A stretch of 64,000 bases of DNA. It comes from an uncultured Acidimicrobiales bacterium (GTDB lineage: Bacteria > Actinomycetota > Acidimicrobiia > Acidimicrobiales > UBA10347). The notes under the pieces are model-generated. The model worked only from the letters and a program-made list of their open reading frames with translations, was not told the DNA's origin and searched no databases. The position numbers were made by a program, and so were the translations under genes. Position 1 is the first letter of the stretch, and every line of letters starts with the position of its first letter. The stretch is from assembly GCA_937991435.1 (NCBI GenBank), contig CALKPY010000028.1, positions 15,924 through 79,923 of the forward strand, in the 5' to 3' direction. Shown in pieces: positions 54,736 through 63,547 of this stretch.

Positions 54736-56510
54736 TCAGACACACCGACTTCAGCAACGTAGGGACCGGTCTCGTCAAAGTCGACGTAGAACGACGGATC
54801 CTCTTGCGGGGTCGGAAAATGGTCGAGGTCTTTCAGTCCGGTTGCGACCGAACGAGCTCCCCCGCTGCGCTCAAGCCAGCCCCGAAAGTTCTCGCCAGCT
54901 TCACGCTCAGCAACAAACCGACGCACAACGCGCACGGTCGCCTCGGCGGCATTATGAGCCGGGAGCCTCAGTGCTTTGTCACCAAAGTGAATCTGCTGTT
55001 GGCCGACATAGCCGCCGAGGAGCATCTGGTAGCCCGGCGCCGATTGCCCGTGCGCTCGGCGCTCAGCGCCAAAGAACCCGATGTCCGCTACGTGGTGCTG
55101 GCCGCACGAGTTCGTGCAACCCGAGATATTGATTCGTAGGCCGCCAACCTCGCTGAGTCCTTCTGCTTCGAGCGCTTCAGAGATCGACTTGGCGAGACCA
55201 CGGCTTTGGGTGACCGCAAGCCCGCACGTGTCAGCACCGGGGCAGGACACGACGTCTTTGACGAGTTCGGCTCCTGGTTCGGCCATTCCGAGAGCCGTCA
55301 ACCGTTCGAAGAGCGGTTCAAGCTGCTCTTCGCGCAGCCCACGCAAAATGAAGTTCTGGCGGTTCGACGCTCGCACATCGATATCGAAATCGCGAACGAT
55401 TTGGGCGATGCCGCGGAACTGGTCAGACGTGACATCGCCAAGTTCACACCATGCATATGCCGACACCGTCTTCTTGGCGACACCGCGAACAACATTGGCA
55501 GACTCCCATCGACCAAACGGCGTTCGACCGCCCAGATTCACGGAAACGCCCTGCCCAATTGCAGTAGAACGAGCAGTCGGATCTTGTCCAGCAGGAGCAT
55601 CGCCATGGGCGAGGACCGTCGTCGGTATACCACCTGGCCAAGTTGCCGACGCCGGCAACAGATGACGTGTCGACAGCACTTGTCGTTGCACCTCTTCGAA
55701 GCCGAGTTCCTGCACGACCCACTTCATACGAGCTCGCAATTTGTTGTCTCGATTGCCGGTGCGGTCAAAGACTCGCAAGATTGCTTCCAACGTCGGAAGC
55801 AGGTCCTGCTTAGTCGTGAAGTCTTCGATGGCACGTGCGGCATGCGGATTTGCGCCGAGGCCACCGGCCACGAACACTCTGAATCCGGATTCGACGGTGC
55901 CATCGTCGAGGGTTCTCGTGACTGCGATGACACCGGCGTCGTTAAACATCGCCTGTCCGCAGTCTGTCTCACAACCCGAAAAATTGATCTTGAACTTGCG
56001 CGGCAACCGCTGACCCAGCGGGTTGCGTAGGAAGTACTCATTTGCCGCATCAGCCCAGGGACTGATGTCGAGCACCTCGAATGGGCAGGCGCCGGCGAGG
56101 TGGCAGCCTTGGATATTGCGCACGGCGTCGCCGCATGCTTCGCGGCTGGTCAACCCAACCGACCCAATCAACTCCAGCACCTCGGGAATCTGCTGCAGCT
56201 GAATGAAATGCATCTGGATGTTTTGGCGGGTGGTGATGTGCCCCCAACCCCGTGAGTACCTGTCAGCGAGTGTGGCCAACATGTCGAGCTGATCCGGCGT
56301 GATGCCGCCGTAGGGCATACGCACGCGGATCATTTGATTGAAGCCACCTTGGCGCTGACCGTAGATGCCGTTTGTGAGTCGGAACACCCGAAAGACGTCT
56401 TCTGACACAGTTCCGTCGAGGTAGCCCGCCAACATGACTTTGAACTTGTCGATGTCAGCTTGCTGGTCATCGTCAGGAACAACGATGGAAGGAAGGTCGA
56501 GAATGGTCAT
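54723..56510 (-). CDS. Ferredoxin-dependent sulfite (or nitrite) reductase, NirA/SirA type
   Basis: ORF 54723..57122 is trimmed to ATG 56510, which overlaps the cobA stop as ATGA. The sirohaem-4Fe4S Cys clusters are SCPGADTC and GCTNSCGQHH. It has two nitrite/sulfite reductase repeats. Confidence 0.9.
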   Translation of the reverse strand: MTILDLPSIVVPDDDQQADIDKFKVMLAGYLDGTVSEDVFRVFRLTNGIYGQRQGGFNQMIRVRMPYGGITPDQLDMLATLADRYSRGWGHITTRQNIQMHFIQLQQIPEVLELIGSVGLTSREACGDAVRNIQGCHLAGACPFEVLDISPWADAANEYFLRNPLGQRLPRKFKINFSGCETDCGQAMFNDAGVIAVTRTLDDGTVESGFRVFVAGGLGANPHAARAIEDFTTKQDLLPTLEAILRVFDRTGNRDNKLRARMKWVVQELGFEEVQRQVLSTRHLLPASATWPGGIPTTVLAHGDAPAGQDPTARSTAIGQGVSVNLGGRTPFGRWESANVVRGVAKKTVSAYAWCELGDVTSDQFRGIAQIVRDFDIDVRASNRQNFILRGLREEQLEPLFERLTALGMAEPGAELVKDVVSCPGADTCGLAVTQSRGLAKSISEALEAEGLSEVGGLRINISGCTNSCGQHHVADIGFFGAERRAHGQSAPGYQMLLGGYVGQQQIHFGDKALRLPAHNAAEATVRVVRRFVAEREAGENFRGWLERSGGARSVATGLKDLDHFPTPQEDPSFYVDFDETGPYVAEVGVSECAT

Positions 56511-57259
56511 AGCAGGGCTCCTTGCAGCTCGGCGGGGTTGGCCAGCAACGCTGGTTCCAAGACAGATTCGGCAGCAACGTCGCCAATGACGATCACAGCC
56601 GGGTTCTTGACAGGTGTTCGCTCGAGCTCGCCGAGCTCGAAGCGTTGGATTGTTTGCGATGGAGTGCTGGCGGCGTGCACGACCGCAACCGGGGTTGATT
56701 CGCTCAGGCCGCCGGCGACAAGCTCTCGACTGATGACGCCAGCAAGTCGAGCTCCCATGAGCACGACAATTGTCGAGCCGACCTCTGCGAGCGCCCGCCA
56801 GTTCACCGGCTTGCCGGTAGGTCCCCGCTGTGCTGTCACAACGGTAAACGCCGCCGACATACCTCGATGGGTCACCGGAATACCCGCTTGTGCCGGCCCG
56901 GCGATTGCCGAGCTGATTCCGGGAACGACGTGAACTTCTAGGCCTTGCGCTGCGAGTGCGATCGCTTCTTCTCCGCCACGCCCGAAGACGAACGGGTCGC
57001 CGCCCTTGAGCCTGACGACAGACGTAGCGACCTTTGCGCGCTCGATGAGAAGTGCGTTGATCTCCGCTTGGGTTGTGCGCTTGCCATTGGGGTCTTTGCC
57101 AACGTCGATCAGTTCGGCCCACGGCGGCACCATGGCAAGAATCTCCGCAGACACCAGACGGTCGTGAACTACGACATCGGCGTTGGCCAACAGGCGAGCT
57201 GCCTTGAGCGTCAAGAGCTCGGGGTCACCCGGGCCGGCACCAACGAGATGCACGGTCAT
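56507..57259 (-). CDS. cobA: Uroporphyrinogen-III C-methyltransferase (SUMT)
   Basis: The 250-aa protein starts MTVHLVGAGPGDPELLTLKA and contains VVRLKGGDPFVFGRGGEE. Confidence 0.9.
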   Translation of the reverse strand: MTVHLVGAGPGDPELLTLKAARLLANADVVVHDRLVSAEILAMVPPWAELIDVGKDPNGKRTTQAEINALLIERAKVATSVVRLKGGDPFVFGRGGEEAIALAAQGLEVHVVPGISSAIAGPAQAGIPVTHRGMSAAFTVVTAQRGPTGKPVNWRALAEVGSTIVVLMGARLAGVISRELVAGGLSESTPVAVVHAASTPSQTIQRFELGELERTPVKNPAVIVIGDVAAESVLEPALLANPAELQGALL

Positions 57260-57918
57260 GATGAGAGCTCCAATTCGCGGGCCGGCTCCAATTCGCGGAC
57301 AGGTAGACCAAGTTGACGTCGCAGCAGCTCACGGGCCGCTTGCACGTTTCCGTTCGCAACGAGGTCGAATGCACCGGCGTCGAGCGCTTCGCTCCAACCC
57401 CGCACCTCGCTCGTACCAAGCACTTCACGCGCTTCGGACCGAACCTCAGCGAGTACATCGAGCAGAGTCTCATAGCGTCCGTCAAACTCGGCCTCGAAGC
57501 GCTGGCGAAGCCACGTGGCCAATGCGGGGCTGCGACCGTGAGTGGCGACCGTCAGCTGCAGGTCCCCTCGTCGGGCGACAGCCGGAAGCGTAAACGCGCA
57601 GTTGATCGGATCATCAGCGGAGTTCGCCCAGATACCCAGTCGTTCGGCATCTCGGTAGACAGCCGCATTGACGTGCTGGTCGTCGGTACAGGTGATCACT
57701 AAGCGATGACCGTCAAGATCACTCGTCTCGTAGCGCTTGGTGACGCAGCGGATGCGGCTGTCGGCACTTAGCCCGGCAGCTATCTGTGGTGCAACCACTG
57801 TCACGTTGGCGGCGGCAGCTACGAGTCCGCCCGCCTTGCGAACTGCCACATTGCCACCCCCAACGATAAGGCACGAACGACCTTCGAGACGGAGATTCAC
57901 TGGGTACGAATGCACCAT
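57256..57918 (-). CDS. Precorrin-2 dehydrogenase / sirohydrochlorin ferrochelatase (CysG N-terminal-like, SirC/Met8 type)
   Basis: The 220-aa protein has the Rossmann motif LIVGGGNVAVRK. Its stop overlaps the cobA start by 4 nt. Confidence 0.8.
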   Translation of the reverse strand: MVHSYPVNLRLEGRSCLIVGGGNVAVRKAGGLVAAAANVTVVAPQIAAGLSADSRIRCVTKRYETSDLDGHRLVITCTDDQHVNAAVYRDAERLGIWANSADDPINCAFTLPAVARRGDLQLTVATHGRSPALATWLRQRFEAEFDGRYETLLDVLAEVRSEAREVLGTSEVRGWSEALDAGAFDLVANGNVQAARELLRRQLGLPVRELEPARELELSS

Positions 57919-58067
57919 TGTTGTTAAACCCGATCGGATTAGTCGTCTTTGGAAATCCTGACCTTAGACCCACCGCCCCCTAAAGGCAACCAATTTGGTC
58001 GGGATTAAGGATGAGACTTTGCGTGGTTAGGCAGCCACGTGACGCGAACTCTCGATACGCTGACGGC

Positions 58068-60860
58068 ATGGGTGGAGAATTCATATCGTCATTATTCGCG
58101 CGCAAATCCGGATCGGATTCGCCAAGATTGCAACGCTATTTACCGAAGGTCGTCTTAGGATTTTCGCTTGCGTTGATCGGAATTGTTGCGCTGTCGCTCA
58201 ACTCAACCGATGCCTCGGCGCAAGAGGGTCTGGCCGACGCACTAATCAACAAGAGAATGGCCGAGGGGTCTGCTATACCTGATGAGCCGTTTACCTTCTC
58301 GATCACGGCAACTCCAGACACCTGCACCGCACCCGCAAGCGTTCAGACGCTGGGCAATTCGAGTGTTGAATTCCAAGTATCGACAACCAGTGGCGAGACG
58401 CCCTGCACCTACACAGTCACCGAGGTTGATCTGCCCGAGGGATGCGTATTGCTCACTGAGAACAACCTGGTGCTAGACCGCGAAGTCAAGTATCGAGCGA
58501 CCTTCGGCAACGCCTGCGCAACGATCGAGGACGCAACCATTAACAAAGTTATGGCCGACGGTTCCGAGGTGCCAGATGCACCATTCCCGTTCACCTTGAC
58601 CCCGAGCTCAGACACCTGTACCGCACTGACAGCGTTTGATCTGCTCGGCGGCGAGAGCCTAGTGATTCCGGTCATCGTCAAAGACGTGGCTGGTGCGTTT
58701 TGCACGTACACCGTGACCGAAGGCGATCTGCCCGCCGGATGTTCTCTGGTCTCAGAGAACGATCAACTCGTAAACGTTGATTTCTTGTCGCTCACCTTCG
58801 TCAACTCATGTGTTCCGCTCACCCAATTCGGTGACGCCGTCGTCAGCAAGACTATGGCTGACGGTTCTGACGTTCCAGCTGAGCCGTTCTCGTTCACCAT
58901 CACGCCGAGTTCAGATACCTGTAGTGCGGCTGCAGAGTTTGACCTAGCCGCTGGTGCGAGCACCGAGATTCCCATCATCACGGTCGACGAGGCTGGCGTT
59001 GCATGTACCTACACGGTCACCGAAGGCGACTTGCCCGTCGGATGTTCGATCGTTTCTGAAAACGGTGTGGTACTGAATCGCGACAACAAATTTGCGGTGA
59101 CCTTCGTCAACTCGTGCATGCCGCTAACCGAGACTGGTGAAGCGACCATTGCGAAGGTGATGGCCGATGGCTCTGATGTTCCAGCTGAGCCGTTCCCGTT
59201 CACCATTACACCGAGCGCAGATACCTGTAGTGCTCCCGATGCGTTTGACCTCGCAGGCGGCGACAGCGTCGAGATGGCGCTCATTACCGTTGACGAGGCT
59301 GGCGTGCCATGTACCTACACGGTCACCGAAGGCGACTTGCCCGCCGGTTGTTCGATTGTTTCCGAAAATGGTCTGGTACTGAATGCTGACAACAAGTTTG
59401 CGGTGACATTCGTCAACACTTGTGACCTCACATCGCCGGTCCCCGCTCTCACAGCTAGCAAGGTTGCAGTTCCTGGCGACTCCGATTGCGCGGCAACGGT
59501 CGCCGATCCGATGCCCGTTGCAGCGGGCGATGTCGTGAAGTACTGCATCACCGTGACGAACTCCGGTGTCGGTCCTGCGTCAAACGTAACAATCGTTGAC
59601 GATGCGGGTACGCCAGCAAACACCACCGATGACACCACGTTCATCTACACCGACAACGGTGGAGTACTCGCAGAAGGGGCGTCATGGACCGTTGAATACA
59701 CGGTGACCGTTGAGGCTGGCAACGAGAACGTGACGAACACGGCTCAGGTCACTGCTGTAAACGACAAGGGAGAGCCGACGACGCCTGTCGAAGATACCGC
59801 GGTGACCGTAGGCGGGCCGGTTCCAGCGCTTTCAGCTAGCAAGGTTGCAGTTCCGGCCAGCTCCGATTGCGGTGCGGCCGTAGCTGATCCGCTTCCTGTG
59901 GCGGCTGGCGATGTTGTGAAGTTCTGCATCACCGTGACCAACTCCGGTGTCGGTCCTGCGCTAAACGTGATGATTGTTGACGATGCTGGTACGCCAGCAA
60001 ACACCGCCGATGACACCACGTTCGCCTACACCGACAACGGTGGAGTGCTCGCTGAAGGGGCGTCATGGACCGTTGAATACACCGTAACCGTTGAGGCCGG
60101 TAGCGAAGCCATTGTGAACTCCGCTTCAGTCACCGGCGAGAACGAGTTCGGTGATCCGACTGAGCCCGTCACTGACACGGCGACGACTGTAGATTCGCCG
60201 GCAGCGGGTCTGACCGTGAACAAGGTGGCAGTGCAACTTGGTGCTTCCTGCTCTGCAGGCGGCTCTGGCGCTCTCGTAGTTGCTGCTGGCGACATCGTGA
60301 AGTACTGCATTACGGTGACCAACAATGGCCCTGGCTCTGCCTACAACGTGGTCATTGCCGACGACAGCGGCACCCCTGGTAACGCCGCTGACGATATGGC
60401 CTTCACCTACACCGACAACGGCGGCGAGCTGATTCCCGGCGGCTCATGGACGATTGAGTACACCGTGGTCGTAGTCGCGGGAAATGAAGCGCTGACCAAC
60501 TCAGCGCAGGTGACGGCTGAGAATGAATTTGGGCGACCCGTTTCTGCAGCTGGCGACAGCGCAGTTACTACGCCAGCGACGACCCCAGTCGTCGTTGTTG
60601 AGATGTTCGAGTATCCAGTCATCACAAACATGCCTGCGGGGCCGAACGGGCCCTATGGGTTCGTCAATATTGAGAACCCAGGTCCTGTTGTCGGTGCACC
60701 TGCACCGGCGACAACAGCTCCTGTAGAGGCGGCTGCCGACAGCCAACTCGCTCACACCGGCAATTCCGCCAACGTCTCCACGTTCCTTGGTCTCGGCCTT
60801 GTTGGCTTTGGGGCCCTGGCTCTCGCAAGCATGCGGAAGCTAGACGAAGACGACGAATAG
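58068..60860 (+). CDS. Cell-wall-anchored surface protein built from two repeat families, with an LAHTG sorting signal
   Basis: This is ORF 58011..60860. The start is uncertain (ATG 58011, ATG 58068 or TTG 58128). The signal peptide ends ASA-QE. Four ~101-aa Cys-containing repeats are followed by three ~127-aa DUF11-like repeats. The C-terminus is LAHTG, then a hydrophobic helix, then RK. Confidence 0.85.
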   Translation: MGGEFISSLFARKSGSDSPRLQRYLPKVVLGFSLALIGIVALSLNSTDASAQEGLADALINKRMAEGSAIPDEPFTFSITATPDTCTAPASVQTLGNSSVEFQVSTTSGETPCTYTVTEVDLPEGCVLLTENNLVLDREVKYRATFGNACATIEDATINKVMADGSEVPDAPFPFTLTPSSDTCTALTAFDLLGGESLVIPVIVKDVAGAFCTYTVTEGDLPAGCSLVSENDQLVNVDFLSLTFVNSCVPLTQFGDAVVSKTMADGSDVPAEPFSFTITPSSDTCSAAAEFDLAAGASTEIPIITVDEAGVACTYTVTEGDLPVGCSIVSENGVVLNRDNKFAVTFVNSCMPLTETGEATIAKVMADGSDVPAEPFPFTITPSADTCSAPDAFDLAGGDSVEMALITVDEAGVPCTYTVTEGDLPAGCSIVSENGLVLNADNKFAVTFVNTCDLTSPVPALTASKVAVPGDSDCAATVADPMPVAAGDVVKYCITVTNSGVGPASNVTIVDDAGTPANTTDDTTFIYTDNGGVLAEGASWTVEYTVTVEAGNENVTNTAQVTAVNDKGEPTTPVEDTAVTVGGPVPALSASKVAVPASSDCGAAVADPLPVAAGDVVKFCITVTNSGVGPALNVMIVDDAGTPANTADDTTFAYTDNGGVLAEGASWTVEYTVTVEAGSEAIVNSASVTGENEFGDPTEPVTDTATTVDSPAAGLTVNKVAVQLGASCSAGGSGALVVAAGDIVKYCITVTNNGPGSAYNVVIADDSGTPGNAADDMAFTYTDNGGELIPGGSWTIEYTVVVVAGNEALTNSAQVTAENEFGRPVSAAGDSAVTTPATTPVVVVEMFEYPVITNMPAGPNGPYGFVNIENPGPVVGAPAPATTAPVEAAADSQLAHTGNSANVSTFLGLGLVGFGALALASMRKLDEDDE
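58230..59440 (+). repeat. Intragenic tandem repeats, type A (4 copies, ~303-307 bp each)
   Basis: Each copy carries KxMADGSxVPxEPFxFTxTPSxDTC...CTYTVTEGDLPxGC...TFVNxC. Copy starts are near 58239, 58533, 58836 and 59143. Confidence 0.85.
59441..60590 (+). repeat. Intragenic tandem repeats, type B (3 copies, ~381 bp each, copies 1 and 2 nearly identical)
   Basis: CAGCTAGCAAGGTTGCAGTTCC occurs at 59452 and again at 59833. The peptide is SKVAVP..SDC..VADP.PVAAGDVVK.CITVTNSGVGPA.NV.IVDDAGTPANT.DDTTF.YTDNGGVLAEGASWTVEYTVTVEAG. Confidence 0.85.
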
Positions 60861-60930
60861 CGTCCCGAACCTTTGGCGCCACACTTGAAGGATGAAGATC
60901 CTCAAGGAAGCGCCACCCGTGCGATTTAGA

Positions 60931-60962
60931 ACCCCGCCGCTCTCGGTTGAGCGGCGGGGTTT
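60931..60962 (+). terminator. Candidate intrinsic terminator after the surface-protein gene
   Basis: An 11-bp GC-rich stem pairs ACCCCGCCGCT (60931-60941) with AGCGGCGGGGT (60950-60960). The loop is 8 nt and the stem is followed by TT. It lies 70 nt after the stop. Confidence 0.55.
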
Positions 60963-61101
60963 GCGCGTTGAGACGGAGTGCGCAGCGATCGCACGCCACT
61001 CGATTGCGCGACTGTTATGCACGTCAGCGGGAGCGTCCTGTAGGGAACAGACCCCAACCGCGTAGGACATGCAGGCCCCGCGCGCCTGTCAAGCTGCGCA
61101 G

Positions 61102-62892
61102 ATGAAGTCGCGAACGATTCGATCAGCCTGCGCCATTTGTTGGCACCTCACCGCAGCGGCGATGATCATGCTCGGTGCGGCTGGCTGCCAACGAAGCGAT
61201 TCCGCTGCGATCACGAACAACCGTCCCCAAACTGCTCACGCAGCACCGTCTGCAACATCGGAAGTGGCTTCGAATGATGGGCTGTCGGCGGACATCGTCG
61301 CGCTGGGTCGCTCGCCTGACGGGTTTGAGTACTTGGTTGCATACCCCCCAGCAAACGGAGGCGGCAACGGACAGATCCTGGTTCAAACTCCCACTGGCGA
61401 TATCCCCGCGCTGGCCGACGAGGCCATGGTGCTCCCCAGACTGCGAGATATGCGATTCGGGCCCGACGGACTCGTTGGTTTCATATCAGATCATTACAAC
61501 TATGGTCCGCTCGTCTTTGTTGGCCGCATCGATCAGGTTGGGAAGATTCGCGATCTGCACAGGGTCGGCGACCACTTCTCTGAACGTCCGAGGACAATCG
61601 ACCGATTCGACGCAACCGGCAACTTGATTGCTGGCCACTTCACGCTCGATACGACGACAGACCCAAGGTTCGTCAACACCGCGACCGCACCGCCCAGAAT
61701 CGAAGGCCGGGCACTTATCCCTTCGGTCGATAGCGCTGGGGGTCGCCCAAGCGGTGCATGGCATCTCGGCGAAACGTTGAGCGGCGACCCTGCGTGCGGC
61801 GCCAGCACGGTATATCGAGTGGTGCCCGACGGATGGCAGCGTGTGCTCCACCCAGCAACCGAACTCGACACAATCGTCGCCGTCCATGCAACGGAATTGC
61901 GTAGCACCGGTGGTATTGAAACGACGGGGGTTGGCCGAGAAATGGTGATCGCTACCGAGTGTCCAGCCGACTACGACGGCCAACGCCTCTACTGGGGCTA
62001 CGACGGCGTCGACTACGGCGACGGCGGACCGCCTTTGGTAAGCGAAGTCTGGCCATTCCCAATCGACGACCTTGTCGTAGATGCGGTCATCAACGTCACC
62101 CCGATTTTGGACAGCGACTGGGGATTCGTCTCAGATCTCCTACTCGAAGTCCGGACTCTCGACGGCGAAACCATGACCCTGGGCGTTACTCGGATCTACC
62201 GACCAAAACGGCGGGCAACGTTCTCGGTTCGCCCCGTTCTTGGGCTTGACACGACCGAAGCAATTCCCATCGCCCGGATCGACGACGCAGCCTGGCTCAT
62301 CCAGTCGGCGAGTAGCCCCGACCAAGTGGTTCGGGTGGAACCGACAACTGGCGACATCGTCGACGTGATCTGGCAGGAAAACCGCGGACCCGGCATTCGA
62401 GGCCAAAAGCCTCTTGGTGGACAGAGTCTGAGCTGCCCAGGGCGCGACCCCGATGGACGGTTGCAGCTGATCGAAGTGTTCTACGAGCTGCGCGGCGACC
62501 TACTCGACCTGGTTACTGTCGCCGAGATTGTCGATGGCGAGATGGTCAACGGCTACACCGAACCGATCAGCGGGAGCAACATTCCGTTGGAAATCTCGCA
62601 TATTTGCGGCCGACCACGCGTGCCACCGCTGCTGGTCACATCAACGCAACTCGTGAACCTGCTCGAGGTTGCGGGGTTCGTTGAAATCGGAATCGACCAC
62701 CCGATTGACCCTGTCGCCACCGCCGGCGGCAGCTGGACGGGTCAGCACTACGTGTTTACCCTCGATCAAAGCCCAGATGCGGTGGACCGTGATCGCCGAA
62801 CGGCCATCGAGTGCCTCATGGGCGTGCTCGTCATCGACGAGTCATTGCCCGAAGAACCACGATCTGTTCTCGAAGAACTGTGCATGCCTTAG
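61102..62892 (+). CDS. Hypothetical lipoprotein, no recognisable domain
   Basis: ORF 61069..62892 is trimmed to ATG 61102. MKSRTIRSACAICWHLTAAAMIMLGAAGC has a lipobox (LGAAGC). I recognise no motifs in the remaining ~570 aa. Confidence 0.65.
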   Translation: MKSRTIRSACAICWHLTAAAMIMLGAAGCQRSDSAAITNNRPQTAHAAPSATSEVASNDGLSADIVALGRSPDGFEYLVAYPPANGGGNGQILVQTPTGDIPALADEAMVLPRLRDMRFGPDGLVGFISDHYNYGPLVFVGRIDQVGKIRDLHRVGDHFSERPRTIDRFDATGNLIAGHFTLDTTTDPRFVNTATAPPRIEGRALIPSVDSAGGRPSGAWHLGETLSGDPACGASTVYRVVPDGWQRVLHPATELDTIVAVHATELRSTGGIETTGVGREMVIATECPADYDGQRLYWGYDGVDYGDGGPPLVSEVWPFPIDDLVVDAVINVTPILDSDWGFVSDLLLEVRTLDGETMTLGVTRIYRPKRRATFSVRPVLGLDTTEAIPIARIDDAAWLIQSASSPDQVVRVEPTTGDIVDVIWQENRGPGIRGQKPLGGQSLSCPGRDPDGRLQLIEVFYELRGDLLDLVTVAEIVDGEMVNGYTEPISGSNIPLEISHICGRPRVPPLLVTSTQLVNLLEVAGFVEIGIDHPIDPVATAGGSWTGQHYVFTLDQSPDAVDRDRRTAIECLMGVLVIDESLPEEPRSVLEELCMP

Positions 62893-62974
62893 CCCGTGTG
62901 CTCACCATCTGGTCAGCCAATGACAGCGACGACGTATTCTCAAAAAGTCGGAAGATAACGGACACAAGACCAGG

Positions 62975-63547
62975 TCAGTGTCGACGGGCAACCGAAACCA
63001 AGTATCCAGACTCAGCGTCAAAGGCGTCGCCATTCCAGGTGGAATAGCGTTCGCTGGCGACAAGTCCCGCGCTGCCGATCCACGTCTCCCAGTCGTCAAC
63101 CGTCACGCCGCGACCGAGGCCGAAACCAGCGATCAGGCTTCCACCCGGAGCAACGTGGCGACAAGCTCCGGCCACAACCGCAGCTTCGGTTCCTGGTTCG
63201 ACAAACAGCACGATGTTTCCGGCCATTACCACTACGTCGAACTGGCGGCCTGCGTCGAGTTGCGCGAGATCCGAGGGAATCCACTCAACATCTGGAGCCT
63301 TTACACGGGCGACGTCAAGCATCTGCTCGTCGAGATCTGACCCGACGACGTCGATGCCGCGCGCTGCTAGCTCAATCGCGACACGTCCGGTGCCACACCC
63401 AGCGTCGAGTACTGAGGTCGGACTGAAGCGCTCAACGAAGTCAGCCTCGCCGTGAGGGTTCTGGCCCTGATCCTGCATGCGTTTCCAAGCCTCGTCGTAG
63501 GACCCGGCTCGTGCGCCATCCCACCGCGATCCCGGTTGATCAGCCAA
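62975..63547 (-). CDS. Class I SAM-dependent methyltransferase
   Basis: ORF 62975..63793 is trimmed to TTG 63547, which overlaps the P450 stop (alternative ATG 63478). Motif I is VLDAGCGTGRVAIELAARG. Confidence 0.75.
   Translation of the reverse strand: MADQPGSRWDGARAGSYDEAWKRMQDQGQNPHGEADFVERFSPTSVLDAGCGTGRVAIELAARGIDVVGSDLDEQMLDVARVKAPDVEWIPSDLAQLDAGRQFDVVVMAGNIVLFVEPGTEAAVVAGACRHVAPGGSLIAGFGLGRGVTVDDWETWIGSAGLVASERYSTWNGDAFDAESGYLVSVARRH

Noticed and set aside
54127-56030. Plus-strand ORFs of 211, 184, 155, 194 and 274 aa overlapping DUF4202 and the sulfite reductase
   Set aside because: All are antisense to genes with clear family motifs. Their products are Arg/Ser/Pro-rich with no motifs.
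56511-57122. N-terminal 204 codons of ORF 54723..57122 (would make a 799-aa sulfite reductase)
   Set aside because: The extension is extremely Arg-rich (RRSDRTRSARPRSSRRSRNQ...). It overlaps the well-supported cobA gene in another frame. The reductase homology begins at MTILDLPS, whose ATG forms an ATGA overlap with the cobA stop.
57919-58010. SAM or other riboswitch upstream of the sulfur/methionine operon (minus strand)
   Set aside because: I read the 92-nt leader on the minus strand and found only a 5-bp GGATT/AATCC repeat. Nothing resembles the SAM-I, SAM-IV or other consensus cores I know. An Rfam scan would settle this.
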